A stretch of 57,799 bases of DNA, counting the filler, from Porpidia crustulata (lineage: Eukaryota): assembly GCA_964255105.1 (NCBI GenBank). It is 6 parts of 6 records of this genome, joined end to end, with 100 filler letters (N's around TTAATTAATTAA, not from the genome) between each part and the next. Parts side by side here need not be neighbours in the genome. Positions count along the whole stretch, not along the records: positions 19,317 to 28,866 come from CAXUWE010000924.1; positions 28,967 to 38,515 come from CAXUWE010000925.1; 4 more parts are not named here. The stretch is one strand, 5' to 3'. Positions within the stretch are counted from its first letter, which is position 1, and every line of letters begins with the position of its first letter. The translations under genes were made by a program, and so were the position numbers. Below the pieces are notes generated by a model. The model was not told the origin of the DNA. It saw only the letters and a program-made list of their open reading frames with translations, and made no database searches. Positions 22,519-34,907 of this stretch are shown piece by piece.

Positions 22519-23561
22519 GACTCGGTATGAAGACTTCTGTTCGGGTTCTGTTAAGCGCTACAGCCGCTAGGACGAATCGTCGATCGAAGTGGGGCACTAC
22601 GGTAGCCTTGAAGCCTTCCTACTTACTGCCATAACATAGCCCTACAGAAACAATTTCATCTTCGGATTCTACGTCCTCTGAACCTGAAGCGTCTCTTTCT
22701 GATATCTTCCATGACTTGCCAAACCCAATTTTCTAGCATCCCGAAAGACCCTCTTCCGTTTCGAAGTATCGCAAAAAGAATCCATCCTGGATGTTTGTCA
22801 GCGAATGCCTGGGAAGGCTATCACATTGCCCGTCTACCCCACTAAGCTACGTTTTGTCAGGCTTCAGGTCGAGTCTGCTTAGACAAGACTCGTAATCATC
22901 TTTGGGATAGGAGTATCAACGCTGTGGACACGTTGGGGAGCTCGAAGTCTGCGTTGTTGGCTACGTCCCCAGCAAGCGAACCAAAAGCTGTCTCGAAGCG
23001 ATTCCCTTATTACTTGAGGAGGCGATGTTAAAAGACATCGTGTTGACATATTTTGACAAAATAGTACTCGCACGGTTTGGTGCAGCTATGCACAAGAATG
23101 GACATAACGGCCAATGGACTGTCGCTCTAGTATTTTGCGTTCGAGTGTCTAATAGGTTTCTCTCTCCGTAAGGGATGAGGTAATATGGCGTAGCAGCTGA
23201 AATGGTTTCGGGTTGGCACAATTCGTGTCACCCAAGCTGACGTCGTTTGCATTTTGGGATTTCAGTAATTCTCATGTTATTTGATCCTAGACGCTAGAAT
23301 TAACAGTCCAAACGTCGCCGTCGCAGACGAATAGCCCCAACCTACGCTACGTATGTCTTGATCGGGTCAAGCCCTATCCAGAAGCCTCGCTACAAATGAT
23401 TTCACGAAGCCAAGTCGACAACTCCAAACCTTACTACCCATATATACTGTTAGAGGCCTACAGACCCAACGTAATCCCTCGGTTTTCACCTTCACCTTTT
23501 ACTACTTCATGTACATCTTCCATATACACCGGTATAAGATCCAGCCTTGCACAAGGCTTGA

Positions 23562-24942
23562 TCAAAGAGCTTGGCCAACAGCCTTCGACTCACTCTTCCA
23601 TTGCAAGTCGCTCGAAACCTTGATTCTGTTCCCAGGTACTTGCTCTTCATGATCAACCCCGATTCCGGCATCAGACCGCTGGATCCTCACAGTCCTCACG
23701 TTGCTATCATTGGATTTGGCCCTGATGTCGCTCAATTCTGCCGACCACCAGCCCAACTCTGACTCTACCGTCCCGGGGGCCTTATTATCCATCCCGTGCT
23801 CCCCAGTGGTACTGGGGCGTCTGGTCGAGGAGCGTCTTCCGGGCCACGCTGGAGAGTCTAGGAGAGAATCCTTTTTGCGTTCATTAGATGAACGATTGGA
23901 GGATTGCCGACGAAACAGACGTTGATAGGGAACAAGGTAGGGCATGCAGGCGCAGACGACACCAATGCAGCATTCAACAGGGCCCCAGAGGAGCATTTCG
24001 GCGTCGTCCCAGGTAGGATCGATGGATACTCCACCAGTGGTGATGTAGTGAAGGCGGATAGATGACGCTATGCAAACACTTAAGAGGGTGAGTGGGTTTC
24101 GTTGTCTTGAGACGCGGGAGAAGACTTACAAGCCGCCAAGGGTAAAGTAGAAGAACACAGCAAGTTTCCGTCTCCAAGGCATCTGCAATCGTAATAAATG
24201 CGGGGCGGGCAGTAGCAACAGAATGATGTCCCCCGCAGTGTTCAACGCGCTTGGCGGAATTTGGACGAGCGAGAAGTCCAAGCAGGATCCATTTGTTGGC
24301 GTCTTCATCTTGAGGAACAAATATGGCTGCTCCCAAAAGTAGTGCACAGGACTACAGTTCATCCCGGTCAGGATTGCAGTCGCGATCATCCAGGCGATCG
24401 TTTCGACGATCATGAAGGCAGTAGCCCAGCGAAACCATCGATCATTGGTGGTGAAAATGCGGCGATAGAAGCATAGTATGGAGAGCTTAACAAAAGGGAT
24501 GGCAAAGGCCCATATCATGGATTCGGCAAAGAGGAGTTTGAACAGGGCGATGAGGGTCTGAGGAGGTCTGGGATCGCTTTCGATTACTCTCAAGATGTGC
24601 TTTCCAACACCAAACTGAACGGCTATTTTGGGTCAGATCTGTTTTCGTCTCATGGTCCATGGCAACCTACAGATGATGGAAGTAGCGCATATTCCAAGTG
24701 ACAGTATCTGTGAGATGCAGTCAGTGTCTGAAAATGGCACAAGAACGGAATATACTCGCCAGTCCAATGACAATCAGTAGGTCGGACAAGTCATAAGCTG
24801 AGCGAACAATTCTGTGTGAACTTAAACGAAGGATGACAGCTGTGGTCGCTGCCGCTGCTACGATGACACTTCCAACAACAATCTTCACACTCTGATCCTC
24901 AACCATTAGCTGCTCCATGGCTGCTGGCGATGGAGACGCCAT
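23562..24942 (-). CDS. PTH11-like / Sat4-like integral membrane protein (fungal rhodopsin-domain family, no CFEM), 4 exons
   Basis: Family-typical motifs: AVILRL...DLLIVIGL, FGVGKHI, FVKLSILCFYRRIF, CSPVHYFW, GDIILLLLPAP...LQMPWRRKL, VECCIGVVCACMP. Polar C-terminal tail. The first intron is GC-AG. Confidence 0.88.
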
Positions 24943-27900
24943 GTCCCGCTTGGCTGTAACCACAATCGCATAGACTCTGGAGCGAACGCAAATGCCTTCT
25001 CCCACGGCGACTTTCCAATGCCCGAGCTCGAGGGAGGAGGTGAACAGAAGCAAGCATGCTCGGTCCCGCTGGGGTTAAAAGTCAAGAGGGCGAGGTGCAC
25101 GGTACTCGTCAACGCTAAAGCAGGGGTTGAGGGGAAGAAGCTAGGGATCAGCGGTACGGAATCGTCAATTTAGCTGTTAGCAGTTGGGTGGTTGGCTTCT
25201 TGTTACCTTGACGCTCATTGGTAGGCTTCCTCGAGCTTGAATGTCGGATAATCTGGATTGGATGCTAATCAGGTAGATCTTATCAAATCTTGCTTTCCCG
25301 GCAACATTTCTGTCTCGCATGGCCAAGCGTTTCCGCCACACAACACACCGCGCCAGCACTATTCCAATCTATTTCCACCCTAAGTCCACAGTCACAACGC
25401 TTTGGTGGTTCCAGGCGGGCTGAGAATCTGACGGTTTGATAGCCCAACCAGCCGTGCCAGCCTAATTGTGCAGCGCCCACGGAAAAAGCACTTCCACGTG
25501 CAACAAGTCTCAACGATCTGGTAGACGTAGAGCCAATGGGAGAAGCTTTCATCTGATGCCAATCAAAGGTCTTGCGATATGAACATTCGATTAGTGTTAC
25601 AAAACCATAATCATTGAGAGACTGGGATGATGGTACGTATTACGACGGTCCAGGAGACGGATGTTAGAGTTACCGGAGTAGTGTACTCTATCTTGTTGGC
25701 AATACCTGATCTACCTTCATCTCGGACACATTTCCGAGATCAGCCACGTGACTTAACTTATGCTTACCTAGCTTTAAATTAGTCTAGAGTAGCAGCACGA
25801 TAATGACTTGCAGAAAGTACAGTGCAGCTCGTACAGGCACAGAATTATGCATTGTAACCTTCGCTACATAGTCCTCGTGCTACCCAATCGCGGGGTCTTC
25901 TTGTCTACCTAGCTTTCTTCGATATTACAGGCTACCAGAATACGTTCGTCCAATTCGAGAAGAAAATGAAGCAACGAGACTGATCAAGGGAGAATTTCCC
26001 AAAAAAAGAAAGAGAAACCCTTGCAAATGGAACAGTCCATATAGGCAGTGATAGGTAACCTCGAATCGGCGTTCTTTCAGCACCGGAAACTCATGCATAC
26101 AAGACAAAGAATCGGAGAATATCTGACTATACATACATAGTAGATAAATCTCGGAAGCATGCTGATCTGTCAAAGTCTAGAATACCAGCAGATCTCGCTG
26201 CACTTTACCGCAGCGCTAAGTCCCCAAGGGAGTATCAGTCCCTCATATATACTAATATTTATGGATTGTTTTGGATCCAGCGCTTCTGAGACCTCTGAGA
26301 AATTCCTCTGCCTTCTAAACGCCTTCGCATAGCGGGGATCATTTCATCATGTGATGATCAGCGTGTAGCACTGACGCATGCCAAGTTGGTTGCATTGGTT
26401 GATGAGATAAAAAATCGTTACGTCCTCTTTTGATTGTGGTGGACTTCGATCGAGAAAATTGTAGGCTCACATTTATACTCGGGAGTCGGGACGATCTGGC
26501 TACCTAGGCAACTTCGAGTGAAGACTGGAAGGAATCGCCCATGAATGTCGCGCCAGAAATGCTGGAACAATGTCAAATATATCTAATAAGCGCATCGAAG
26601 TCAAGGAAGCTACTACTTTATCATTGTGTCGACCTTTACGGTCATGGGAACCCACCGTTATATACATCTACCGAGGGATCTGTTCAAGACGATATGACAA
26701 ACAATAAGTCAGGCAACCTCCGTCCTTGCCCGATGACTAGACTTCATAACTCCATTGCGGGTCAAGAGTATTGCAGTATGATACTTTCATTATTAATTCT
26801 CTCATTGTGGGTTCCTATTTACGTTGGCTTTCCTCAGATCTGTCATTTTGTAGGCCCTTCAGGTGCTCTATCGGATCCGCAAGTCCAGAAGCGTCGTGAG
26901 GAAAGTTATGAGCTCTTCTCGAAAGAACCAAGAATTCCTCAACACTCTTCTCCAGCCGGCTCGCAATATGCTGAGGGATCTGCATATTGAGGCAATTCAT
27001 TGCAGCACCGTCAAGGTCAAAAACAAAACTATTCATGCCGGACATGACCTCAAGGCGGTGGATTCTTTCCTCTAGAGCCAAGATTGTGGACTCCTTGCAC
27101 TAAAGATAGAGCCTTTGTGCAATCTAGAAGTGAGATTTTCGACGCTGTTTCCGCTAGACTGTGCACGTTAATCACGGGATTTCTAAGACTGAAGTCAGTA
27201 GTAGTATTGGACTAGCAGTTGAAACGAGGTCTTCCGCGAGGCCGCTTGGAAATATGGTCTTCGTCGCTTGAAGCGTCCCACGTCAAATTCTAGATTTCTA
27301 GGAGAGTTGCGGCGGACAGAACCAATATTTTAGGTCCTCAATATGGTGTCATGTCACTGTTAAGTATTCCAATACATGAAGTAAGAACCGAGGGATCCTG
27401 ATACGTTACCTGCATAGTCGGCAGCAGACTAGAGACCTTCCGATAGCTGCTTAGTTACCTCAAGACCTTGTTTTCTACAAAAGAAGCTAGGTGTGCGAAT
27501 AGAGTCTTGTTGAAGTTTTCTAATCTGCCGTGTCTCGGTATCAATCAATTGGCAGAAATCTTATACGTTGTATATCTCTCTCTCTCATTTTTCAATATCC
27601 GATGTGTATGGACTGCCGATTATCTATTTATATAGCTAAAACATCACTGTGTCCTCCGAATTAGCTACAACATTTCACGATCTCACCTTTTGACAGAATG
27701 TAGCAACATGATCACTATTCAAACCCCAGTATTTGATGCCGTACCCTGTCACGTGCCTATCCAGGGAAAGCCGCAATGGGCTTAGCTAACGTGTTAGAAC
27801 TCGTTCTCAGCAATACCAGCGCAACTTAAATGCGGACACAAATTGACCAGTCAGCAGAAGTAGAAGTCTAACTGTACGTGTACACATACAACTATTGTTC

Positions 27901-28018
27901 GCATATCCGGGCACAAGACTCATGCAGGCGCTCAGCCAAGCGGCCATTAAAAACCATGTACCTAGAAAGGCGATAACACACTGAATAGTTGGCCGCGTGC
28001 AAGAAACGATTGACGAAC

Positions 28019-28866
28019 ATGCTGGATTCTGAAAACGACGCAGTGAGCTTGCGCAGAGCACAGCAGCATTCATTGAATATCTTGTCAAGGCGTATTCATC
28101 CTACTCGACCAGGAACCTTGACCCTCGACGAAGTCAATGGCAGTTTGCTCACGAAGCTTCCTGATAAGGGGCTTGGCACAGAGGGTACTACCGATCATCT
28201 ATTGCGTGATATAACTCGAGGCCTCAGTGGTAGCAGCTTGTCACCAAATTACTACGGCTTTGTGACCGGTGGCATTACTCCTGCCGCTAGGGTCGCCGAA
28301 CAAATAGTTGCTACTTATGATCAAAACGTTCAAGTACACCTCCCCAACAAGACCGTAGCGACGGCGGTGGAAGAAAGAGCGCTTCGCTTGCTGCTGGAGC
28401 TCTTCTACTTTGATATTGAGAGTTGGCCTGGTAAAACCTTTACTACTGGAGCAACAGCCAGTAATGTTCTCGGGCTCGCTTGCGGTCGTGAATATGTCAT
28501 CAACAGAGCCATAGAAAAGCACAGAGGGCAGCAAAGAAGTCCGACTGAGAACGGACATGACTCTGTCGGCGAGCTTGGCTTGCTCGCTGCGTGTCGAGCT
28601 GCCGGTATTGAGAACATTCAAATTCTTACAACCATGCCCCATTCTTCCCTCGGGAAAGCCGCCAGCATCGTTGGTTTAGGTCGCTCTTGCGTTATAGACA
28701 TCAGCAAGCACGAGAACAGTCCGGCTTTCGACATGTCGAAGCTCGAATCTCACCTGGAGATCAAGAATACCGCCTCCATCGTCGTGATCTCATGCGCAGA
28801 AGTCAACAGCGGCATGTTCGCCACTCACAGCCTCGAGGAATTCCAAGCCATAAGATCCCTCTGCGA
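28019..28866 (+). CDS. Group II PLP-dependent (aromatic amino acid/tyrosine-type) decarboxylase, 5' part (truncated)
   Basis: Motifs SPNYYGFVTGG, YDQNVQVHLP, TFTTGATASNVLGLACGRE and PHSSLGKAASIVGLGR. The frame stays open into the spacer. Confidence 0.85.
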
Positions 28867-28966
28867 NNNNNNNNNNNNNNNNNNNNNNNNNNNNNNNNNN
28901 NNNNNNNNNNTTAATTAATTAANNNNNNNNNNNNNNNNNNNNNNNNNNNNNNNNNNNNNNNNNNNN
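28867..28966. other. Artificial contig spacer
   Basis: N44-TTAATTAATTAA-N44. Confidence 0.99.
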
Positions 28967-29048
28967 GAATAGGTATGTCTAAGGGTAGGGTGTAGGGTTA
29001 TTGTTGGGGATTGCGTGGGATAGGATTGGGTTGCTTTGTGGCTTTTTA

Positions 29049-29164
29049 TACTCGTTCTCACCCCCCAACGGTCCGCGCTAGTCAAAATTAGTCTATATAA
29101 CCCTAACCCTGCAGTACAACCCTAACCTTAGGTTCGGCGGACCGTTGGGGGGTGAGAACGAGTA
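29049..29164. mobile_element. MITE-like element, copy 1: perfect 28-bp inverted repeat including terminal TA, with telomeric repeats in the spacer
   Basis: TACTCGTTCTCACCCCCCAACGGTCCGC (29049-29076) is the exact reverse complement of 29137-29164. The spacer contains TAACCCTAACCCT (29098-29110) and AACCCTAACC (29118-29127). Related copies lie at 36539 and 36996. No transposase in the window. Confidence 0.7.
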
Positions 29165-29472
29165 GCGCTGATATAGGGGTTTGCGGTGTCGGAACTTTCA
29201 TTGCTGCGATAATCGCTTAGGGAATTGATGTAGATGCACACACACACATACATACATAGTCACAAAACTCCTTAGACTAATGTAGATGTTCAGACACATT
29301 ATCTTCCTGGCCTTAAAGCGAAGTTCTTATTGCAGATTCCTCCTTGAGAAATTTTCGATGAGAAAGATAATTCTACAAGACGCTGAAGACGATGTCATAT
29401 CATGATCTCTCTAGCAAAACCTCCCACACCACACACAAACCCACAACCACAACCCCCGCTCACCCCAAACCC

Positions 29473-30915
29473 TCACAGCAGCGCCCGCTCCATCAGCTCC
29501 GCCTCAATCACACTCTCCGCACCCTCGACCACGGGCCAGATCCCGGTGATTCTGAAACCAGCCGACTCCAACAAGTTCTGCCACTGCGTTCCCGTTCGCT
29601 CCATGCCCGTCAACTGCGCCATCATCGCGATATCCATCCCAGCCGCAAAGAACGGCGCCTTGGTCTCTGGCACGACCATATCGACGATCAAAAGTTTGGA
29701 GTAGCCTTTTTCCATCGCTGATGCCTGGTTGAGGAGGAGGTTCCTGCAATACTCATCGTCCCAGTCGTGGAGGATGCAACGGAGGAAGTACGCTCGCGCG
29801 CCTGTTGTGCATCAGCTGAAGTGTTCAAATAAGGCTGTGGAGGAGGCCACCGTGGATGGGTTGAGGGGTGAAGAAGTCATAGACGATTAGCTCGATGCCA
29901 TTAGGGTCTTCAACGTCAGCAACGACTTCAGGCAAGTCTTCGAGAATCAGACGTCCCTGGTTGGCTCCGATACGATCTCTGACATCTCGTAGATCATGAC
30001 CCTTGCCTCCGGCGATATCCACTAGGAATACTGCCTCTGTACCATCCTTCAAATCTTTTACGAGCTGTTTCTTCAGGGGGTAGACATCGACCCAGCACCC
30101 TCGCCCTTCTTGCTGGCCTTCCATGAAGATGTTGAAGGAGTGCCCTCGTTCAGGGTTCTTTTTGAAATAGTCCCACTGGATCGTTCCGAATTTATCCCTG
30201 AAGGGTCCTGTGGCTGGGTCCGTTGGGACTTGGTAGCCATTCTTGGTGAGATATCTGGGGAGGCTGGCCCAGACTGGCAAGCCTTCTTCGGCACTACATA
30301 ACATATTCAGCCATCTATAGACATGGCTAAGAAAGCGGCTTTGGATTACAAGTGTAGCAGGCCATGATATATCTTTGGATCTGTCAGTGCTCTAGTGACA
30401 GCAGTAGCACCGTATGTCTGCGGACCCTTCTCATCCACAATTCCGGCCGCCGTAAGGACTCTCATAAGCCGTACTACAAGTACAATTACTATCACAATCT
30501 GATTGATCCGACATGGATAACGGAATACTCACCTATAAGTAACTCTTCCGCACCCGTCATCGCAGCAAGCTCTGCAGCCGTGGTCGGAGAGTCCCCCTCA
30601 GCCAACGCATTGAACCAACCTCCTTCTATCGCAACTTGTGCCACAGGCATATGCTGTGCCTGCCGATCAAATCTCAAATTAACATCCCTAGATCTTCAGG
30701 TCTCGAACAAAAACTCATTCCAAACAGACCTGGAAAATAATCTTTCGAACAGCATCGACGGGAGCGTCGATGGCTCCAGAGAGCTGGTACGCAGCCTGCT
30801 GGACCCGTTTCCTAGCGCTATCATTTTGAAAGACATCGGCCGGCAATTCCTTGACCGCTTCAACGATCTCCTTGACAAGACCATCAACATACGGGTTGGG
30901 GGAAGAAGAAGCCAT
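29473..30915 (-). CDS. SAM-dependent O-methyltransferase (Methyltransf_2, fungal OmtB/AflO-like), 5 exons
   Basis: N-terminal dimerisation region (TAAELAAMTGAEELLIVRLMRVL), SAM motif LVDIAGGKGHD, LILEDLPEVV, YDFFTPQP, catalytic GARAYFLRCILHDW and ERTGTQWQNLLESAGF. Four GT-AG introns keep the frame. Confidence 0.92.
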
Positions 30916-31587
30916 CTTTCTTGCAAACGGTATCGGGGCACTTCCCACGTCGATAAAACCAGGTCATTGCGATCTACTAGCTGGCGGGTAGGCCGCCTCG
31001 TGAGTTGTCTCATTCCCAGAGCGCTGATCGTATGCGACCTTGGTGGAGTATAATTTAGCATTTGGCCAAGTCTTGCATACGGCGATCAGCCATCGGAACC
31101 CTCGAACAAATCCGAGCTAATCAACGTACCCGACCCCGATATGGCACTTCCGCTTCAGGTTATCGCAACAGAAGCACCTAACCCTCCGTGGTTCGCTACG
31201 AATGGCCCGTTCTGGATCGAGGCTGTAGACTGAGAGCCATTTGAGTTGCAGAAAGCCACCTGCAGCTCAAGGCGTGCAGCGCGATACGACTTCATTATTG
31301 GACTCGAAGTGTACGAGTTGCTACGTTGCATGTGTATAATTGCATAGTGTAGAAGTGTTCAGCGGGCGGGGTCATCGGGTACTTGCATAGAGTGTGGCTA
31401 TGGCGTTTGTACCTCTTGCGAAAATGAAGATCCTTTTCCGCGTATCGGTTCTGTCAAGCCCATGGTGAGCAACTTGCTTTTATGAGTCTTCTAGCTTCTA
31501 AGCTATATCTTCGCTGTAACATTCCACCCCCAAGAATTCATATGATGGCATAAGATATACTTGCTTGGCGTAGATATTAAAGCATCC

Positions 31588-33537
31588 CTATACTTTTGAA
31601 AGCAAGAAGCCATCATTTTGTAGGGTCTGAAAAATTTGATGAGGATCATATTTCAGGGACGCAGCCTTCAACCTCGCAATATTGTTCGCGCCGTAGAAGG
31701 CGATTGGGTTCTGGTCCCTCGAACAATCGTTCATGTACAAGAATGGAATGTACGATTGCCGTTGCTGCCCGAGTTGCTTCCACTTCTCGGTCGTAGCGAT
31801 GGGTGCTGCCCGAACTATATCATCATCTTTCGCGCCTTCCCAATCCACGAGAGTCGTCCACCCTACATACGTATGTTAGCCGCAGTGCATTAAGTTTCGA
31901 TCTAGAACTAGTGATGCTCACATTGATGGTTAAACTGAGGTAGCCCCATTGGATTCCCACCTCTAGCAATGCCTGCTGCAGCCATATTAGACGGAATGGG
32001 TTGAAGTGTGAAAGTCATGTTTGCTCCAGTAGCGGCCTTAGCGGAAACTGCCTGTCCTCGCCAGAACGTATATACGTCCTTGTAAAGTGTTGCGTCAACC
32101 TTGGTGGCCGCGGCGCGATAATCGTGACTTCGGGTTATCATTACCCAAGATCCAAAAATGAGATAGAGGAGATCTTACCGTGCCGGGAGGTTCGAGTATG
32201 TGGCTCCTGAAATGTGAGTGAGGGTGTTGACAGTGCCATTCGTTGGCGGTACAGCAACAAATGCGGGCGACAAGTTATAGAACGGAGCAAACGCTGTTGG
32301 CTTGTTGGCAGCTGCGGAATATATCAATGCTACGGTGGTAGTCTCGAGTCCGATAACAAGAGCTACTGTTGACTTCAGGTCCGATGCACCGTTCTCCTGC
32401 CATTGTGCAAAGGCATCGATTACGGCGGGGACCTGATCGGTTGTATATATCAACACCTGGTACCAGACACTATTCACTGGGATTGTGTAGAGGTCAAATC
32501 GTGTAACGATTCCTGTGATGTCTTAGATCCGCAAACCTATGACAATAAAGCGCACAGAATATACCGAAATTTGGCCCTCCCCCTTTCAGAGCGAAAAAGA
32601 GATCACTGTTATGTTGCGCGTTTGCATCTGTGATCGTACCATCTGCCAAGACAACCTGCCATAGGATTTAGTAATTTTAAGTACGACCGTTGGCGTATTT
32701 ATTACCTCAAAGTTCTTGACATTATCGGCAGCCAGACCATACTCCCCCGAAAAGTGGAATAACCCACCTGGGAATTTACTGATTAGCACTCCGCAAAACA
32801 TTCAACTGGATAAGCTCGAACCTCCAAGTATGAGTCCTGCGACGCCCACATGTGGAATGCGGCCTCCAATAACGCTCACGCCGTATGGGTCTAAGGCGTC
32901 GTAGACGGTGCCCCATCGAAGACCGGGTCCCAAGCTAACGAAAGATTTATCCGCACTAATGCTGAACTGGTTGATCCTCTGCAAATCAATGAGAATTCCT
33001 GTATTGTCAATGCTGGAGAAGCCAGGATTTGGAGAGTGACCGCCGCTACGGATAGAGAATTTTGCTTGGCTGAAGGTGACAATCCGTAGGGCCTTGGATA
33101 CCTCCGAAGTCGATGCTGGAAGCAGCACGCATGACGGAGTTTCCCAGCATGATTCGGACCTTGATGAGCGTGGTCAGTATGATAGCTCGGAAGTTTGGAA
33201 CACGGAGGGCGACGGACCAATTTGAATCGACCTCGGTCTGGTTAACAGGTGTTATCTCTACAGATCCAGCTTCCAGAGTTGCTTGGGCTACTAAGCATGC
33301 AAGGCCAATTGCGTTGAGTGTAGTCTTGCCATTGCCATCCTCGGCGGCTCGAAGTTTGCTTACCAAAGCTTGCGCCGGAGACGAAGCAAGCTGAAGGGAC
33401 TTGACAAAAGTTTCAATGTTTGCTTCGGTCTGCATAGTGGCTCGGATATGTACGTTAAACCGATAAGTAGGAGAAGATGCGAGCAACGTATCGCCAACGC
33501 ATAAAAGACAAATAATTATGGAAAGAGAACTCAACAT
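31588..33537 (-). CDS. Secreted FAD-linked oxidoreductase (VAO/berberine-bridge-enzyme-like, Sol5-type), multi-exon
   Basis: Signal-peptide-like N-terminus ([15 protein letters not shown]), covalent-FAD motif [49 protein letters not shown] and C-terminal YMND...KYDPHQIFQ. Confidence 0.9.
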
Positions 33538-34907
33538 TGCGAGGTAGGACAAGATTTAAAGAACAAAGGCGAGGAGGGGCATGTGATCGAGTACGTTACA
33601 CCGCCTCAAGCTAATCAGTGAATGTTCGCTGATCAGAGATGAACACTTGATGCAGTACGAAGACAAGTCGTTTTCGTGTATCTGTCTGGGTTTGATGCAG
33701 TTGATTCCTTGGATATCGATACAGGGGGAACGACAGGACCTGAATCAGTCCCTAGAACTGCAAAAAGAGAAGGCACAAGTCAGTACCCGTGGGTAGACTC
33801 AGGCGTCGAAGCTGTGCCGCATGATAGCATAGGTAAGCAGAGACTGTATATTGGTCATGCCTTATTGAGTACGTAAAACCAAAATTACCTTACGATATAA
33901 TACTGACGTTGCGTTCATGTATGTAATCTGGATTCACAGGTATCGCCCACCATCCATGCTTCCGACCTGGAGAATCCCAACAACAAGAGTAGAAAATGCC
34001 TTTCATTGAAGTCAATGATGAAGACGGTCTATGAAAGTGGCTCTTCCTTACTTTCTTTCCCCATCTCTTCGGTGCCTTTCATGCTTCAATTCCCCCATAA
34101 AGCACCTTACCTGTTACGCTCTATAGCAAAGCATCAATATTCAGCAGGAGCCATGATGAAGCAATGCCTCAATACAACCCCACCTTCCCGAAGTGGGAGA
34201 GACAGATTACTGACATGCATGGAATGAATATATGCTGTGTAGCGAAAAAGTGAATGCCTCGGCCTCAATACCACCTGAGCTTACCGGAGAAGAGATCCTA
34301 CTTCTGATGTGGGCAGGCCCCCAATGGTGATCCTATCAGGTTGCTACTTAGATCATGCTGGGGTACCGCTGTGTAGCTAGTGGGTAGGGAAATTCGGGAG
34401 AGTATACCAATACGCGCCAGGATCGCTGAACCGTTCACCTCCGCCCCTACATAAAGACTTCGTACTTCAAGGCTTCCAACTCGTATTGTCAAACACTCTG
34501 CTCCGTATGGCTAACTGCCCCGGTTCCGTTACCACACCAAGAAGTAGAGATAGTGAGGCTGCGATGGAACCAAGAGAATCTGTAGGATTGCGGGACACCT
34601 TCGGTCACACATGGCGCCGTTGATCATTCGAGTCCCCCAAACTCAGGTCACATGTACCAGTTCATGCACTTGCAAGACACCTGAGCAACGTTCACCGCTC
34701 CTCAACGAATTCGCCTGAAACCGAAGCCTGACCAGGAGCCCTCCTTGAGTGGCTCCCTACTCTCTGGATGATGGTGACTGTAAGAGAATTAAGGAAGACT
34801 GGTGTTCTATTGAAATTGAGGCTCAGGAATCCGTTGGCCGTCTTTATAGAACCTGTCTCTGTCGTTCTTGAGTGCTGCTTGCGCTGTCTCAATGATCTGT
34901 CAACAGT

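Noticed and set aside
26000..27300. Coding-like fragments (e.g. 26815-27081 -, 26541-26990 +)
   Set aside because: I could not build a coherent spliced model or recognise a family; possibly a relic.
29098..29110. Telomerase RNA gene or a true telomere at TAACCCTAACCCT
   Set aside because: There are only ~2 repeats, internal and multi-copy within ~120-bp inverted-repeat elements. Filamentous-fungal telomerase RNA is a long single-copy transcript, and true telomeres are long terminal arrays.
28019..30915. PLP decarboxylase plus O-methyltransferase as one alkaloid-like cluster
   Set aside because: They are separated by an artificial spacer and lie on different contigs.
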